Part shown: in pieces, positions 14,589 to 27,300 of the stretch | Layout: each line of letters opens with the position of its first letter | Position numbering within the stretch: position 1 is the first letter of the stretch | NCBI RefSeq assembly: GCF_036321535.1 | Contig: NC_087438.1 | Span: forward strand, 7,070,001-7,134,000 | Direction: 5' to 3' | Length of the DNA stretch: 64,000 nt | Origin: Camelus dromedarius | Taxonomy: Eukaryota | Position numbers and translations under genes: made by a program | Notes under the pieces: generated by a model | Seen by the model: only the letters and a program-made list of their open reading frames with translations | Told to the model about the DNA's origin: nothing | Databases searched by the model: none

Positions 14589-14935
14589 GTTGTGGAATGA
14601 ATGTTTGTGTCCTCCCAAAATTCATATGTTGAAATAAGAACCCCCAGGGTGACGGCCTGTGGGAGGTGATTAGGTCATGAGGGTGGAGCGCTCATGAGTG
14701 GGACTGGCACCCTCATAAAGAGCCCCCGCAGAGCTCTCTCATCTCTTCCCACCATGTGAGGACACAACAAGAGGTCTGAAGTCTGCAATTTGGAGAAGGG
14801 TTCTCACCAGAACATGATCATGCTGGCACCCTGGTCTCAGGCTTCCAGCCTCCAGAGCTGTGAGAAATAAATGTCTGTTGCTTAAGCTGCCCAGTTTATG
14901 GCATTTTGTTAAAGCAGCACAGACAAAAGCACACT
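14589..14935 (+). mobile_element. MLT1A-like solo LTR
   Basis: 'gaatgtttgtgtcctcccaaaattcatatgttgaaat...taggtcatgagggtggagc...gcttccagcctccagagctgtgagaaataaat'. Confidence 0.85.
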
Positions 14936-15359
14936 TAAGGAATACAATTTATTTATAGTAGCCTCTCCTTCACCTGGGGTTTGTTCTATGGTCCCTCATG
15001 GCTGGATTCAGGTTGTGCTTTTCGAGGACATAACATGTCATGATTGACGCCAGTCCTTCCTGCTGGAAGCCCTTGTTATTCATCTGCTTCTCACTGGGGA
15101 TGTTCATTTTTATCTCCTGGTCACATTAATGTCCAATTTTTCCACTGTGTAGTTGCTATTTTTCCCCTTGTAAACAGCAGGCAGTCTGCAGGGAGACACT
15201 GTAAGACCATGCAAATATTTTGCTTCTCTTCAAAATTTCCTCCTCAGTTTAGCAACCATTGAGGACTTTTGCCTGAACCAATCTTTAATGGTTATAAGAT
15301 GATAATCTTCCAACTCCAGCACGGCCTCCCCATTTATCCTAGCACTTAGCATTCTGCCA

Positions 15360-18300
15360 AGTCTACAAGTCTTAGTTCTTACAAGGGTGCCACAGAGTAA
15401 AGATAAACTTTCAAGAGTTCAGGGGCCTAGCACATCCTGGAAGGTCCTAGGGGTTCAGGGGTCAAGATTCCTTCTCTGTAACATAAGACAAGTTGCTGCC
15501 CTTGTGCTGCTCACCACGAAGAAAGAGGCACAATCTTTGCAGGCTTCTTTGGATTTGAGAGGCAAGATAAACCACATTTTGAAAATGCTTCTCCAGACTT
15601 ATCACCCACAGAGGAACCCCATCAACCCAGATGGTGCCAGTTTCAAGCAGAGTCTGGAGCAAGGAAGGGCTCTGAGGAGGGCTGAGACTGCAGGGAGCAT
15701 TGCCCTGGACTTGGACCTTGTGACCACTAGACCCAATGATACTGGAAGTGTCTGCAGCTAGTGGGTGCTATGTGAAGCCCCTTACGGGCTCCAACAGGAG
15801 TCCACAGCACAGGCCCCCAGGGTGCAGAAGTAAGATGCCACCTCCCTCTGCCAATAATCATCTCCACTGGGCAAGAGCTCCTTTCTTACCCGGCCCTGGT
15901 AGAAGCAGACAGACTAACCATAAGGCACAGACGCAATGTGAGCTCAAGTACCCATCGAGAACTGGATGTCTTATATACCAAACCACCAGGAAGCACAACT
16001 GGACGGGCACAAAAGCATTCCATTACAAAATGGAAATGGTGCCTGGAGATCATATCCAAGTAGATGTATAGGAAACACAGATGAACGGCAAGAGCAGGTG
16101 GTTTAGATCCCCAAGGTGCCTTCTTGGAGTGTCTGCTTGCCCACTCCATCATCCTGCACTATGGCCTCCTTGGGATTCCCTCTGGCCAGTTAATGAAGGA
16201 GGAAAGAGTATGAGCTTGATTCAGGGATGGGATTGCACAGTCACCTGAACACCTTGGAAGAGGTGATTGCAGCACTCAGGAGCATCTCTGAAAGACAGTG
16301 GAAGGGAGCTCTTCTTTCAAATTAGATTCTCTGGGGGCACATCTGCTTTTCACGTAGAGGGGAAAATGGCTAAAGATGTGACTATACCCTGACTGGTCAC
16401 CAGGGGCCAATGAGTTGGCCAACTAGTCAGGGGCTTTGAGAGAACAAAGTTGAAAAACTGGTAGTAATGAGGTTGAGGAGAGCTATGTGGAAGGACTTCT
16501 GAGAATGTGGACACATTCATATGCCATGCAAATGTCCACTGGTGGACAGTCACAGTGGAAGAGGCACTCTTCATCAGGTGGGCAAGAAGACTTGGGCATC
16601 AGGCCAGGATGGAAGTCACACATGGACTCAAAAGCCCAACTACATGGCTGCCTTCACCAAGTTAAATGTGGTCACAGCTGCTGCTGAGTATCCAGTCTTC
16701 CAACAGCAGAGGACAACACTGAGCCTCCACTATGGATCCATCCCCAGGGGACCAGCTGGTTACCTTGTCATGGGTGAATTACACTGGACCCCTCTCCTTA
16801 TAGAGGAGACAAGTCTTTGTCCTCATAGGGTAGCACATATTACAAGTATGAATTTTCTTTTCCTGCCCTCAACACTTCTGTCAGCCTCATCATTAATGGA
16901 TTTACAGAATGCCTGAGCCAGCACCCTGGTGTCCCACATAGCATCCACTAAGGGACACCTACAATAAAGGAAGTGACTCAGTGGGATCATGCCTGTAGAG
17001 TTCCCTGGGCTTACCTATTGCCCAGAAGCAGTAGATAATAGGATGGGTCTGCTTAAAGCCCAATTATAACACCAGCTGGAAGCAAACATCCTATAAGGTT
17101 ATAGGGTAGGATGCCTGCCTTAAAGTTGAAGAGTTAAACCAATGATCAATATATGGAGCAACCTTCCCCCAAAGCCAGGAGCACAAGCCAGAGAAACAAG
17201 GGGTAGAGACAGAAGTGTTTACTATTCTCTTAACATCCTAGAAGATTTTCTTCCTGTGCCCATGACCTTGGGTTCAGTGAGCTTGGAGGTCCAGGGCCAA
17301 AGCAGAAAACATGCATGGTTCAGATCAACGGGAAGCCGAGACACTTTCTCCCCCATCTCCCATGAGTCTATTTTGGCCTCCTTACATCAGTGAGCCATTA
17401 GCTAGAGTAGGGGTCCAGTGGAAAGGGTGGGTGTCAAGTAATCTGAAGCCTAGAGGATCTGTTGGGATACCTCTTTGTTCTCCATTGCCCCACTTCCTGG
17501 CCAAAAAAAGACTGTGGAAATATCACCAAGATCTCATATCCTGCAAGAATGAAGGTGAGGGTCCTCTCACCAGTAAAGAATCCATCCAACACAGGGTTTG
17601 CACGTGACAAAGAGACTAAAGAGTAAATGGTGGGGAAAGACGTCCCTCTAGTCCTCCCAAGAAGCTACCAGGCTGGGAGGCGGGTGACAAACCTGGCTGC
17701 TGATCACTGTCCCACGTCTGTTTCTTTAAATAAAGGACATGGGCTTGGCCAACAATTTAGGTTTCACAAGGAAATATGAGCAAACTAATTTCATTTTGCA
17801 ATGGGAGTAGCTGGTGGACTTCACACCTTTCCTCTGATGGGACATGAGCTCTTCATCCAGAAGGACAAGAACAGATGCTAAAGGCAAAGGGATCACCTGG
17901 CCCAGATTCTTCCACGTGCTCTTCTGGATCTGTCTCCACCCTTCTCCACCCTGGTCCCTGCCCCAGGACTCCAGGCTGATTAAACTCTACAAGAAGTCCC
18001 CAAAGAACTGTGGCTTCCAGTTGGGCTCAGCCAGTGAGAGCCCCAGTGGGAGAAGGAGGTGGGGAAGAGAGTGAATCAAGGTACTTATTCTCTGGTTCCT
18101 CCACTGAGGTCACCTTGGGCTGTTAAGTCCTTCCACAGAATGCTCCTCTCAAGGTCGCTTGCTCCAGCCACTCATGCCCCTTCTGGGTTTCTGTAATCTC
18201 TCCCTTCCCTCTTCCAATGGTGGCAATGGCCCCAGCATAGCTAGCTCTGGTTCCTTCACTATGTGACGGGTTCCTGATACCTGCCATACCTTTGTAATGA

Positions 18301-18381
18301 GTTCCTTTATAAATAAAACCTCTCCAATTTATCCTAACAGAACATGCTATCTGTTACCCCATGGGGACGCTAACCAATACT
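15360..18381 (+). mobile_element. Degenerate ERVL-class internal (pol-like) region with LTR16-like 3' LTR (~17890-18381)
   Basis: ERVL pol-like nucleotide motifs ('caacagcagaggacaacactgagcc...ggaccagctgg...attacactggacccc') and an LTR-like end 'aataaaacctctcc...atctgttaccccatggggacgctaaccaatac'; no intact ORF. Confidence 0.65.
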
Positions 18382-20469
18382 CAAGTTTAAATACCATGTG
18401 TAGGATCGTGGGTCTGGGAGCTGGTAGGGAGGGGCAGTGACATGAGACCAGGCTCTGTACAGCCCTGCAGGAAGTGCACTGGCATCCCCTCCTAGCTCCT
18501 CATCCCTCCAGAACTGTGAGATAATAAATGCTGAGTTTGTGGTACCTGTTATGGCAGCAAAAAAAAAAAACCACAGAGGATTATGAAAATTTCTCTCCCA
18601 TGCAGCTTTTCTTAGAAAACTGCCCAAGGATGTGCTCTAGCAAAAAGAGGATGTAAACAAAGAAAGGGGAAAGAGGCAGGGCTAGGATATAGAGTCCTCC
18701 ACCAGGACAATGGAGAGGGAAGGGCCCTGGGGACAGCGGATGGCACATCTGGAGAGGAAGGTGCAGCTGGAGCAGGGGTTGGGGCCTCCAGAAGGGCGAT
18801 GGGCAAGGGAGACTCTGCGCTGCTGCCGAGAAGGGAATGATCAGTCATAAGTCTCTGGCAGCCATGAGCACAGGACCTGCCCAAAGCTGGAGTGTCTGGG
18901 GAGGGGCCACTGAAAATGGAATGAAATACAATGAAATAAGGCCCCAAAATACCAAGCTGGAAGGAAACCCCCAGGAAAGCAGAGGCTGCCAGCCTATGAC
19001 ATCTGGCAGCCAGTGGTGCCTCCACCATAAATCTCAGTGGAAGGAGTGACGCTTGGCAGAGGCCCTGGCAGAGGAGTCTGTACATACATGGTTTTAACCT
19101 TCCTTTTGAATTCAGATAATAAAACATCTGTGGTGAGAGAAAGAGAAAGGGAGGGAGAGACAGTGTGTGGCTTTCTCAAGCTGAAATAACAAGAATTAGA
19201 TGTTTAAATGTATTACTTCGCATTACACAGTTAAACCAGGGTGGAATGAAATAAGTGAGGTAGCTATTGGGGTGGGGAAGGAGGGACAGGTGTGATGCTG
19301 AATCCTCATCTGTCTCAGCAGGAAGCCAATAGATGGTGTTCGGAGTTGATACATCAAGAGAGAGACGGGTAACTGCTTTGTTTAGACACGTGGTAACTGC
19401 CAGAAGGCTGAAACACAGAGACCCTTTAAGGCAGTTCTGTTTGGAGAACTCGACTGGGATGAGGAGAGGCAGAGCAAAGGGCTGTCCCTTTTCATTTTAT
19501 GGCCCTCTGTACTATTTAGTTTCCTAATCCTGTGCTTGAAACCCTTTTTTCTACACTAAAGAAAGAGGGAGAAAGAGGGGGAAGGAGGGAGGGAGGGAGG
19601 GACAGAGAGAGGAAGGGAGGGGAGGCCTCCTGGCTTGCAGTCACTAAAGCTGGAGCCAATGGGACCGCCTCCAGCTGAGACTGCAGTGGGAGAGGCTGTT
19701 TCCAAAGACTGGAGAAAGGTGCTAGGCCAGGAGAAAGCACCTTGTCTGCCCCCTCCATCAACCAGGACCCAGCCGATTTCTGTGCACCGCCAGCCACACA
19801 CCAACTCCCCGCACACACTGTGTCACAGACACAGACACACACACTAGAACAGACCAGCCCCATATTTAACAAGATGTGTGGTTGTGACCCTCAGACGTAC
19901 TCAGCTGAAAGGATGCTGAGACAAAGAACCAATTTTGTAGTGAATATAATCCAAATGTTTGTGGGCTGGGAGACCCATGAGCTCACCTTTTCTTTAATAT
20001 GTAAATAGAATGGTTGAATCCTCTTTACCCCTAAATGGGCAGCTCCCATCTTCCCCGTAAGACTGGGGATTCTCTGGGGCTCACAGGGTTTCCGGTCCCC
20101 CTTTTCTCTTTCTTCCTTTCACAGATTCCATCATCTCTGTGCAGATACTTCTGGACTTGTGTGTTCTAGCTCCCTTGGCTATAAAGCACCCACGGAACAC
20201 AGAACTATTCCTTTATTTCCCCAAAAACACCTCCCCCAAAGTAGCAGATTTACTGAAGACTCGAGGTGATGGTGAAAAGTTATATTACAGAAGATAAATT
20301 AAATAGCAGACATTTCTGATTTTAAAAGGAGAGTCATTCTGATTTGAGGAAATAAAAGCCAAAATTCTTCCCAGATCCCCCAGGCCTCCTACTGCAATTC
20401 TGTCTCTCTGAGGCCTTGAGACTTTTTCCTGTCACTACTGCTATTCAACAAACCACCCTGGTCTAAAAG

Positions 20470-21155
20470 GTAAAATGCATTTTCTACTCCGTACCTATTA
20501 GAAAGGCCAAAACCCAGAACACTGACAACACCAAATGCTGGTGAGGATGTGGAGCAACGGGAACCCTCACTTAGCGCTGGTGGGAATACAAACTGGTGCA
20601 CCTGCTTTGGAAGACAGTTTGATGGGTTCTTGCAAAATTACATATCATCTTACTGCACAGTTCAGCAATCACGCTCCTTGGTATTTACCCAGAGGAGCTG
20701 AAAATACATGTCCACACAAAAACCTTCATACAGATGTTTGTGGAAGCTTTATTCACAAATACCAAAACTTACAAGCGACCAAGATGTCCTTCAGTAGGTA
20801 AATGGATAAATAAACCATGGTTCATCCAGACAATGGAATATGATTCAGGACTAAAAAGAAATGAGCTCTCAAGCCATGAAAAGACACAGAGGAATCTTAA
20901 ATGTATACTACAAAGTGAAAGAAGCCAATGTGAAAAGACCAAATACTGTATGATTCCGACTATATAACATTCTTAAAAAAGGCAAAACTATGCAGATAGT
21001 AAAAAGTGGTTGCCAGGAGTTGGGGAGGGGATGCAGGAAGAGATGAGTAGGTGAAGCACAGAAGATTTTTATGGCAGGGAAAATATGGGAAATCCCTTTA
21101 CCCTCCTCTCAATTCTGCTGTGAATCTAGAACTACTATAGAGAATATTAAAATAT
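20470..21155 (+). mobile_element. LINE-1 (L1MB-like) 3' end
   Basis: 'actgacaacaccaaatgctggtgaggatgtggagcaac' and 'ccaagatgtccttcagtaggtaaatggataaataaac'; ORF track 20734-20967 gives an L1 ORF2 C-terminal-like peptide. Confidence 0.85.
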
Positions 21156-21169
21156 TTTTAATGCATTAT

Positions 21170-21655
21170 ATCAACAGGTTCCGGGGATCAGGAATCAGAC
21201 AGGGCACAATAGGGACAACTTCTTTCTGCTCTGTGATTTCTGGGATCTCCCTGGGGGGACTCACAGGCTGGGTGTGATCTAATATCTGGGGACTGAAATT
21301 TTCTTGAGACATCTTCACTCACATGCCTGGTGGTTACGGTTGATAACTGGCTGAGAACTTGAGCAGACTGGCAACCATAAAGCCTCCACCTGTGGTCTCT
21401 CCATGTGGTCTCTCTGCCTGGGCTTCCTCACAATATGGCTGCTGTGTTCCAAGAGCAAGCGTTCCAGAACACAGTAGAAATACACGGCACTTTTATGACC
21501 TAGCCTTGCAAGTCATATGGTGACACTTCTGCTGTACTCCACTGATGGAGGTGATCACAAAGGCCCGCCCTGGGTGCAGGGGAGGACGGCGTGGCCTCCA
21601 GTTTTTGACAGAATAGCCTGCATGATGGGAGATGCTTCCATCTCTGGAAAATACA
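21170..21655 (-). mobile_element. Old MLT1-type LTR
   Basis: 'caggaatcagacagggcacaataggg...ctgggcttcctcacaatatggctgctg...ttttatgacctagccttgcaagtcata'. Confidence 0.7.
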
Positions 21656-22539
21656 GTCTTCCATAAAACCTCCTGACGTTTCCCATCTCATCTCCTCCAT
21701 GCTTCTCAGGCTCCCAGAAGCCTCAAAATCCCTTGAACTTGATTACACAAAGCAATTCATTGCTCCCTTTGTCTCTCCTGCCTCTGCCCTGGGAAACTTC
21801 CCCTTTCACACCAGAGTATTTTCCTAAATACCAGACTATTTTCCTAAATAGTCAGCACTATTTAACAGCATGCAGGTGCTCAAATTTGGGTCTTACCATG
21901 AAATACTTAGCCAAAAGAAATATCTTCCATAAGATTGATTGTGTGCTACTCAGGCTTACAGAAATTGTTTCACCGTAATCTATGGACACTACATCTGCAA
22001 AGCTGTATTAATACTTAACCCATAGTAGGGGGGCAAAAATATTTAGTGAGTGGGTGAAAGGATAAATAAATGAATGAATCAAATAGACTATCAGCCAAGA
22101 CATGGAAATAATCTCATTACTTGGAATTGAGTGTTTTAATGTTATTCATTAAAATAGATTCTGTCTTATTTATGATATATGTGTGCTTAAAATTCATGGA
22201 GAAAATGAGCATTTTAATTACAAAATACTGAAATCATTAATAATTTAAAGATCATCATTCTGCATCCTTTCTAAGTAACCAGGTCTGCTAAACCCTTGCA
22301 GACAAACCAGACAAGTGCAAGGGCACAGCTAAAGGGCAGGCGCAAGAGGAGGGAGAAATGGGCTGGGCCAACTGCCCCCCTACTCAGGACACGGAAGAGT
22401 TTAACCCAATCACCAAAATCCAAGAGGCCCAAGGATGCTGTGGGAGAAAGGGAAGGATGGGGATTGTCAGGGGACTATGACCTCTCTGGGTGATCTGAGA
22501 CTCTGCTAATAAAGAGACCATGGCCACATCCAGCCCTTT

Positions 22540-22667
22540 CCCACTGCAACCCTCAGTCTAGACATCCTCCCCCACTGCAACCCTCGGTCTAGACAGCCTC
22601 CCCCACTCTAACCCCTAGTCTAGATAGCCTCCCCCACTGCAAACCCCGGTCTAGTTAGTCTTCCCCC
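22540..22667. repeat. Minisatellite, ~31-bp unit x4
   Basis: Units cccactgcaaccctcagtctagacatcctcc / cccactgcaaccctcggtctagacagcctcc / cccactctaacccctagtctagatagcctcc / cccactgcaaaccccggtctagttagtcttcc. Confidence 0.9.
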
Positions 22668-23279
22668 TCCCGTTGCCAAGGGCAGCCTGCCTCTCCACCT
22701 TAATTCCTTCATCTGCTTTGCCCCACCACCAGGAAGGCATCTCTCCTCAACTCCTGCAACTAAGTCAAACCTACCCTTTAGGACTCGGTCAAATGCCACA
22801 TCCCCTGAGAAGCAAAAAGGCTCCATCACCCAGCCCAGCGCTAATTTCACGTCCTCTGAGCTCCCCTGTGCTCTGCACTCTCTGCCACAGTACTTACCAT
22901 ATTCTCTTGTCTCTAACGAATCACGAAAGCCCAACATTCAGGATGCACTTCCTTGATGAGTTATCTCCATGGCGGCTCCATTTCACCCACTCAGCAGCTC
23001 CATGAAGCACTATGATTGATTGTCCTCATCTTATAGAACTGAGGCCAGAGAATGAGCAACTTGTTCAAGGCCACACCACCAGACTGAAATACAGGTGAAC
23101 CCTGGGGTGCCTACTGGGTCCATGAACAACCAGTCCCAAGGTCACCTGGAGTGAGGGGAGGGGGTGGTCACTCTGGGGAGGTTATGGCGATGCCCCCATG
23201 TCAGGGTTCCCATTCAGGGTCTGGTGGGCCAATGCAGCCACACCTGCCCAATTAGAGGTGTGCAGATTATAGTCCTCCA

Positions 23280-24700
23280 GAGAGCAGATAAGGGACAATC
23301 AAATAAGGGACCACGAATACTGCTTGTTACCTCTCAGAGATTTATCAGTGAAGGCAAAGTGCTTATAACAGGTGTCACACATAAAGAGTTAGTTACATGT
23401 TACTTGCACCAAAAAAATAAGTTTCCCAAACTAGCTTTGCTTTTTTAAAAAGATGACTAGTAAGTAGTCAGATATCATCCAAATACTTTTGAAAAAATAC
23501 ACCCTCCACCTGTCCCTTCAAAGTAAAAATAACACATTAAAATGAGTATGAAAAAAAGGAGTAACATTATACAGAGCTTCTGAATACAGATACATGGAAA
23601 TGTTTTCATATTATACGACTTTGTTGCCCAAAACAAGACAACACATCATCTCCTAAACTCTCATATCTGCACACTTAAAGCAAAATTTTCTAATCTGTTT
23701 AAAAGACTTCCAAATGAATATTTTCAACGACTTTTGATTCCATATGTTTTAAACTGCATAACTGGTAGATGGGATTTTAAAAATGAGTTTCATCAAAGAC
23801 ATGAAGTCAGTTTCTGGAATTTATTGTAAACTGGGATTTTTATGAATCTTTGCCAAACTTATTTTTTTAAATCTTAAACATGACTTTTTTTTCTCCATGT
23901 GATTAAATGATATAGAGGCGTTATTCAACTACAAATGAAAGGAGATTAACAAAGCTGGTATACTGTGAATTGCATATAAATACACCAAGATCAAATTTGG
24001 AAAAAGTCATTGACAAATTTGCTAAAATTAAGACTTAAGAACAGAAAATTTAATGGTACTATTTGTCATTGCAAACAAAACACAAAAAAAAACAAAAAAA
24101 CCCGGGGTGTGAATGTACTCTGATAGAGCACATGCTTAGCATGCACAAGGTCCTGGTTTCAATCCCCAGCATCTCCACTGGAAAAAAAAAAACTATTATG
24201 TGCATACTTATAAGCTTTTTTCTCTTTTTCCTACAAATATATTAATGGAATTTTTAAAGTATGAATCCATAACTTTTTCCTTTTCTACTGTAATTTTTAT
24301 TTTTTAAAAATTTTACTGGCATGATTAGATAGACAGAGTTCAATAAAAGATTTCGCTGTCAAGAAAAAAATGAATTTCATTGTTTAGTGAGCACAACTGT
24401 TTGGATCTACATATATTTGTGAAGTCTCGCTCTCAGTTAAGAGAGTATTAAAAGCCGTATCAAAACAAACTGAACTTAGAATCTAGCTTCAGACCCCTGT
24501 ATCACAATAAAGTAAACAAGATTTTTTAATAACATATATTTTGATTAAAAGTTCTTAATGTACTTTGATGAGAATGGAAAGAAATGGTATAGAAAATTTC
24601 AGTACCATTAATAAACAGAAATGTTATTTTTTAAATATTGTGTATTTTATCTTTAGCTCATTTTTAATTTCTATTTCATATATTATGTACTGTCAATGTC
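23280..24700. mobile_element. Probable hAT/Charlie DNA transposon remnant
   Basis: AT-rich degenerate sequence with Charlie-like motifs ('ttggatctacatatatttgtgaagtctcgctctcag...aaaacaaactgaacttagaatc'); by-eye call. Confidence 0.5.
24104..24192 (+). mobile_element. tRNA-derived SINE (camelid Vic-1-like)
   Basis: 'tagagcacatgcttagcatgcacaaggtcctggtttcaatccccagcatctcca' plus A-tail; Pol III B-box-like GGTTTCAATCCC. Confidence 0.8.
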
Positions 24701-24859
24701 CTCCAGCCAAAGCCACAGAAATACATTTGCAAGTGAACAAGTTGCATTTATTCCTCTGTGAGGACGGAGACCACGCACCATGGATAGCATCTAGTATGGA
24801 AATCACGGAGGTTTGGGGTTTGTTTTTTTGTTTGGTTTTTTTTGGTTTTTTTTTTTTTT

Positions 24860-27300
24860 CATTTCAGGTAGTTAACCAGACTGATAAATATTCTTTGCTG
24901 AAGCAACCCAACTGGCTTAAGACGTACTATCTTATTAATAAACTGTAGGATTCAACTTGCTAATATTTTCTTTATGGTTTTTGCATGCACATTCAGAAGT
25001 GTACTGAGCTCTCAGATTTCTCTTTTTATTCTTTCCTTGTGTGGTTTTGATAATATGGTTTTTACCAATTTCATAAAATGGGTTGGTTGGCGGTCAATCT
25101 TTTTCTACATTTCAGAAAAGCTTCACCAAATCTAGGTTATCTTCTCCTTGAATAGTTGGTAGAATTCATCTACTAAACTGCATGGACTTGGTGTCTCTTG
25201 CTTACTGACCTTTGTCGACCGTTTCCATTTATTTTATGATTGTTTCTCTACTTGTTCTTGGGTTGATCTTGATTACTTGTATTATCTTAGGAACTTTTCA
25301 GTATCAGTTACTTTCTTAATGTATACTTTCAAACGTATAAAGATATTTAATTATCCAAAAAATTTTAAAGAGCAAATATATCAACAGCTATACAGATCCT
25401 TTTTTTTTCCCTTATGATATTTATTTATGCTGTCTTTCTTTTTTATTGATTATACCTGCCTAAAGCCTACTGATTTCATTAACCACTTTAAAGAACTTGC
25501 TTCTGGTTTGGTTGATTGACTCTCCTGGACTTTCTGGCTTTCTATTTCACTAATTTCTGCTCTAGTCTATATTATTTCCTTCTTTCCACTTTCTTTGGAT
25601 TTGTTCTGTTCTCCTTTTTTGCAGGGTTTTCTTTTTTTTTTTTTTAACAGCTAAGGAAGCTTAGCTAATTTCTTTTCAATCCTTCTTGTTTTCTAATAAG
25701 TGCACTTCTGGCTCTAAATTCCCATGTGAGTAACACTTTGGCTTTATCTCACAACTTTATATGCACAACTTTCACAGTCATTTGGTTTTAAGTACTGTAA
25801 CTTCCGTTTTGATTTTCTCGTTAAAACGTGAATTATTTAGAAGGTATTTTTTTAATCCAATGTACACAAGGGATATTCTGTCTATCTTTTTATTGGTGGT
25901 TACTGTTTTTACTGCATTGCCTCCAAAGAATAAAGACTCAATAACTTCAACCTTGGGACACTGCACATTTTTCTTGTGGCCTAAGACATGGTTAATTTTA
26001 ATAAATTTTCCTGTATATTTCTTAAATGATCATACTCAGTTGCGTGTCAATTAAAATTTTCAAAACCTTGCTATTCTTATTAATTATTCTTTCACTTGAT
26101 CTGTTTGTTTTTGAGAATTGTATTTGTTCCCTGTGGCTGCCATAACAAACTACCTCAAACTTAGTGGTTTAAAACAACAGAAGTGTATTCTCTCACAGTT
26201 CCAGAGACCAGAAGTCCAAAATCAAGGTGTCAGTGGGACCACACCCACTCCCAAGGCCCCAAGAGACAGATCTCTTCTCTGCCTCTTCCATCTTCAGGTG
26301 ACTTCTGCCCACCCACATTTCTTGGCTGGAGGCCACCCCACTCCCATCTCTCCCACCCCTCTTGTGTCTAGTCTCCCTCTGCCTCTCTCTTAATAAAATA
26401 ATGCAATTTGCAGCAACATGGATGGACCTGAAGATCATCATTCTAAGTGAAATAAGTCAGACAGAGAAAGAAAAATACCATATGGTATCACTTACATGTG
26501 GAATCTAAAAAAAGAGACAAACTTGTTTACAAAACAGAAACAGACTCACAGACATAGAAAATAAACTCATGGTTACCAGGGGGAAGGGTGTGGGAAGGGA
26601 TAAATTGGGAGTTTAAGATTTGCAGATACTGACTACTATATATAAAAATAGATAAACAACGAGTTTCTACTCTATAGCACAGGGAACTATATTCAATATC
26701 TTGTAGTATAATGAAAAAGAATATGAAAATGAATATACATATGTATATGTATGACTGAACTATTATGCTGTACACCAGAAATCGACAAAACGTTGTAAAC
26801 TGACTATAATTTAATAAAAACTAAAATCGAAGAAAAAAAATACTTGTGATGGTGTTTGGAGCCCACCTGGATAACCCAGGATGATCTCATCTCAAGATTC
26901 TTAACTTAATTACATTTGCAAAGGCTCTTTACAAGTAAGGTAATATTTAGAGGCTCTGGGGATTAGTATCTAAACATATCTTAGGGCAATTCAGCCTGCT
27001 ACCAGAGGGGTTGGTTACAATTGCTTCAATTCCATGTCTGTCAACTTCTCCTTACAATTCAAAGAAGTTTAGCTGTAACTATTTGGAAAATGTGGTATTA
27101 GATGCATATCATGTCAAAACTATTGTATCTCCTTGGTGCATTTTCATTTTTATTAATATAAAATGTCTGTCTCTGTCCTTCTTAATAGTTCTCATTTTGA
27201 GTTCTAATTTACCTGTATGAATATTGCTCATTATCTTTTTAAATTAATTTTAAAACTTTCAGAGTCATTTTGTTTCAGCCTGATTTTATATCACCATGGC
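24860..27300 (-). mobile_element. Old LINE-1 ORF2 remnant (antisense) containing nested MLT1 and young L1
   Basis: T-rich + strand with L1 antisense motifs ('ttgaatagttggtagaattca', 'tctatttcactaatttctgctcta'). Confidence 0.7.
26119..27003 (-). mobile_element. MLT1 LTR split by a young L1 3' end (~26392-26840, + strand)
   Basis: MLT1 half 'ctgccataacaaactacctcaaacttagtggtttaaaacaacagaag' and other half 'cccacctggataacccaggatgatctcatctcaagattc'; insert carries 'gcagcaacatggatggacctgaagatcatcattctaagtgaaataag' and an A-tail. Confidence 0.85.
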
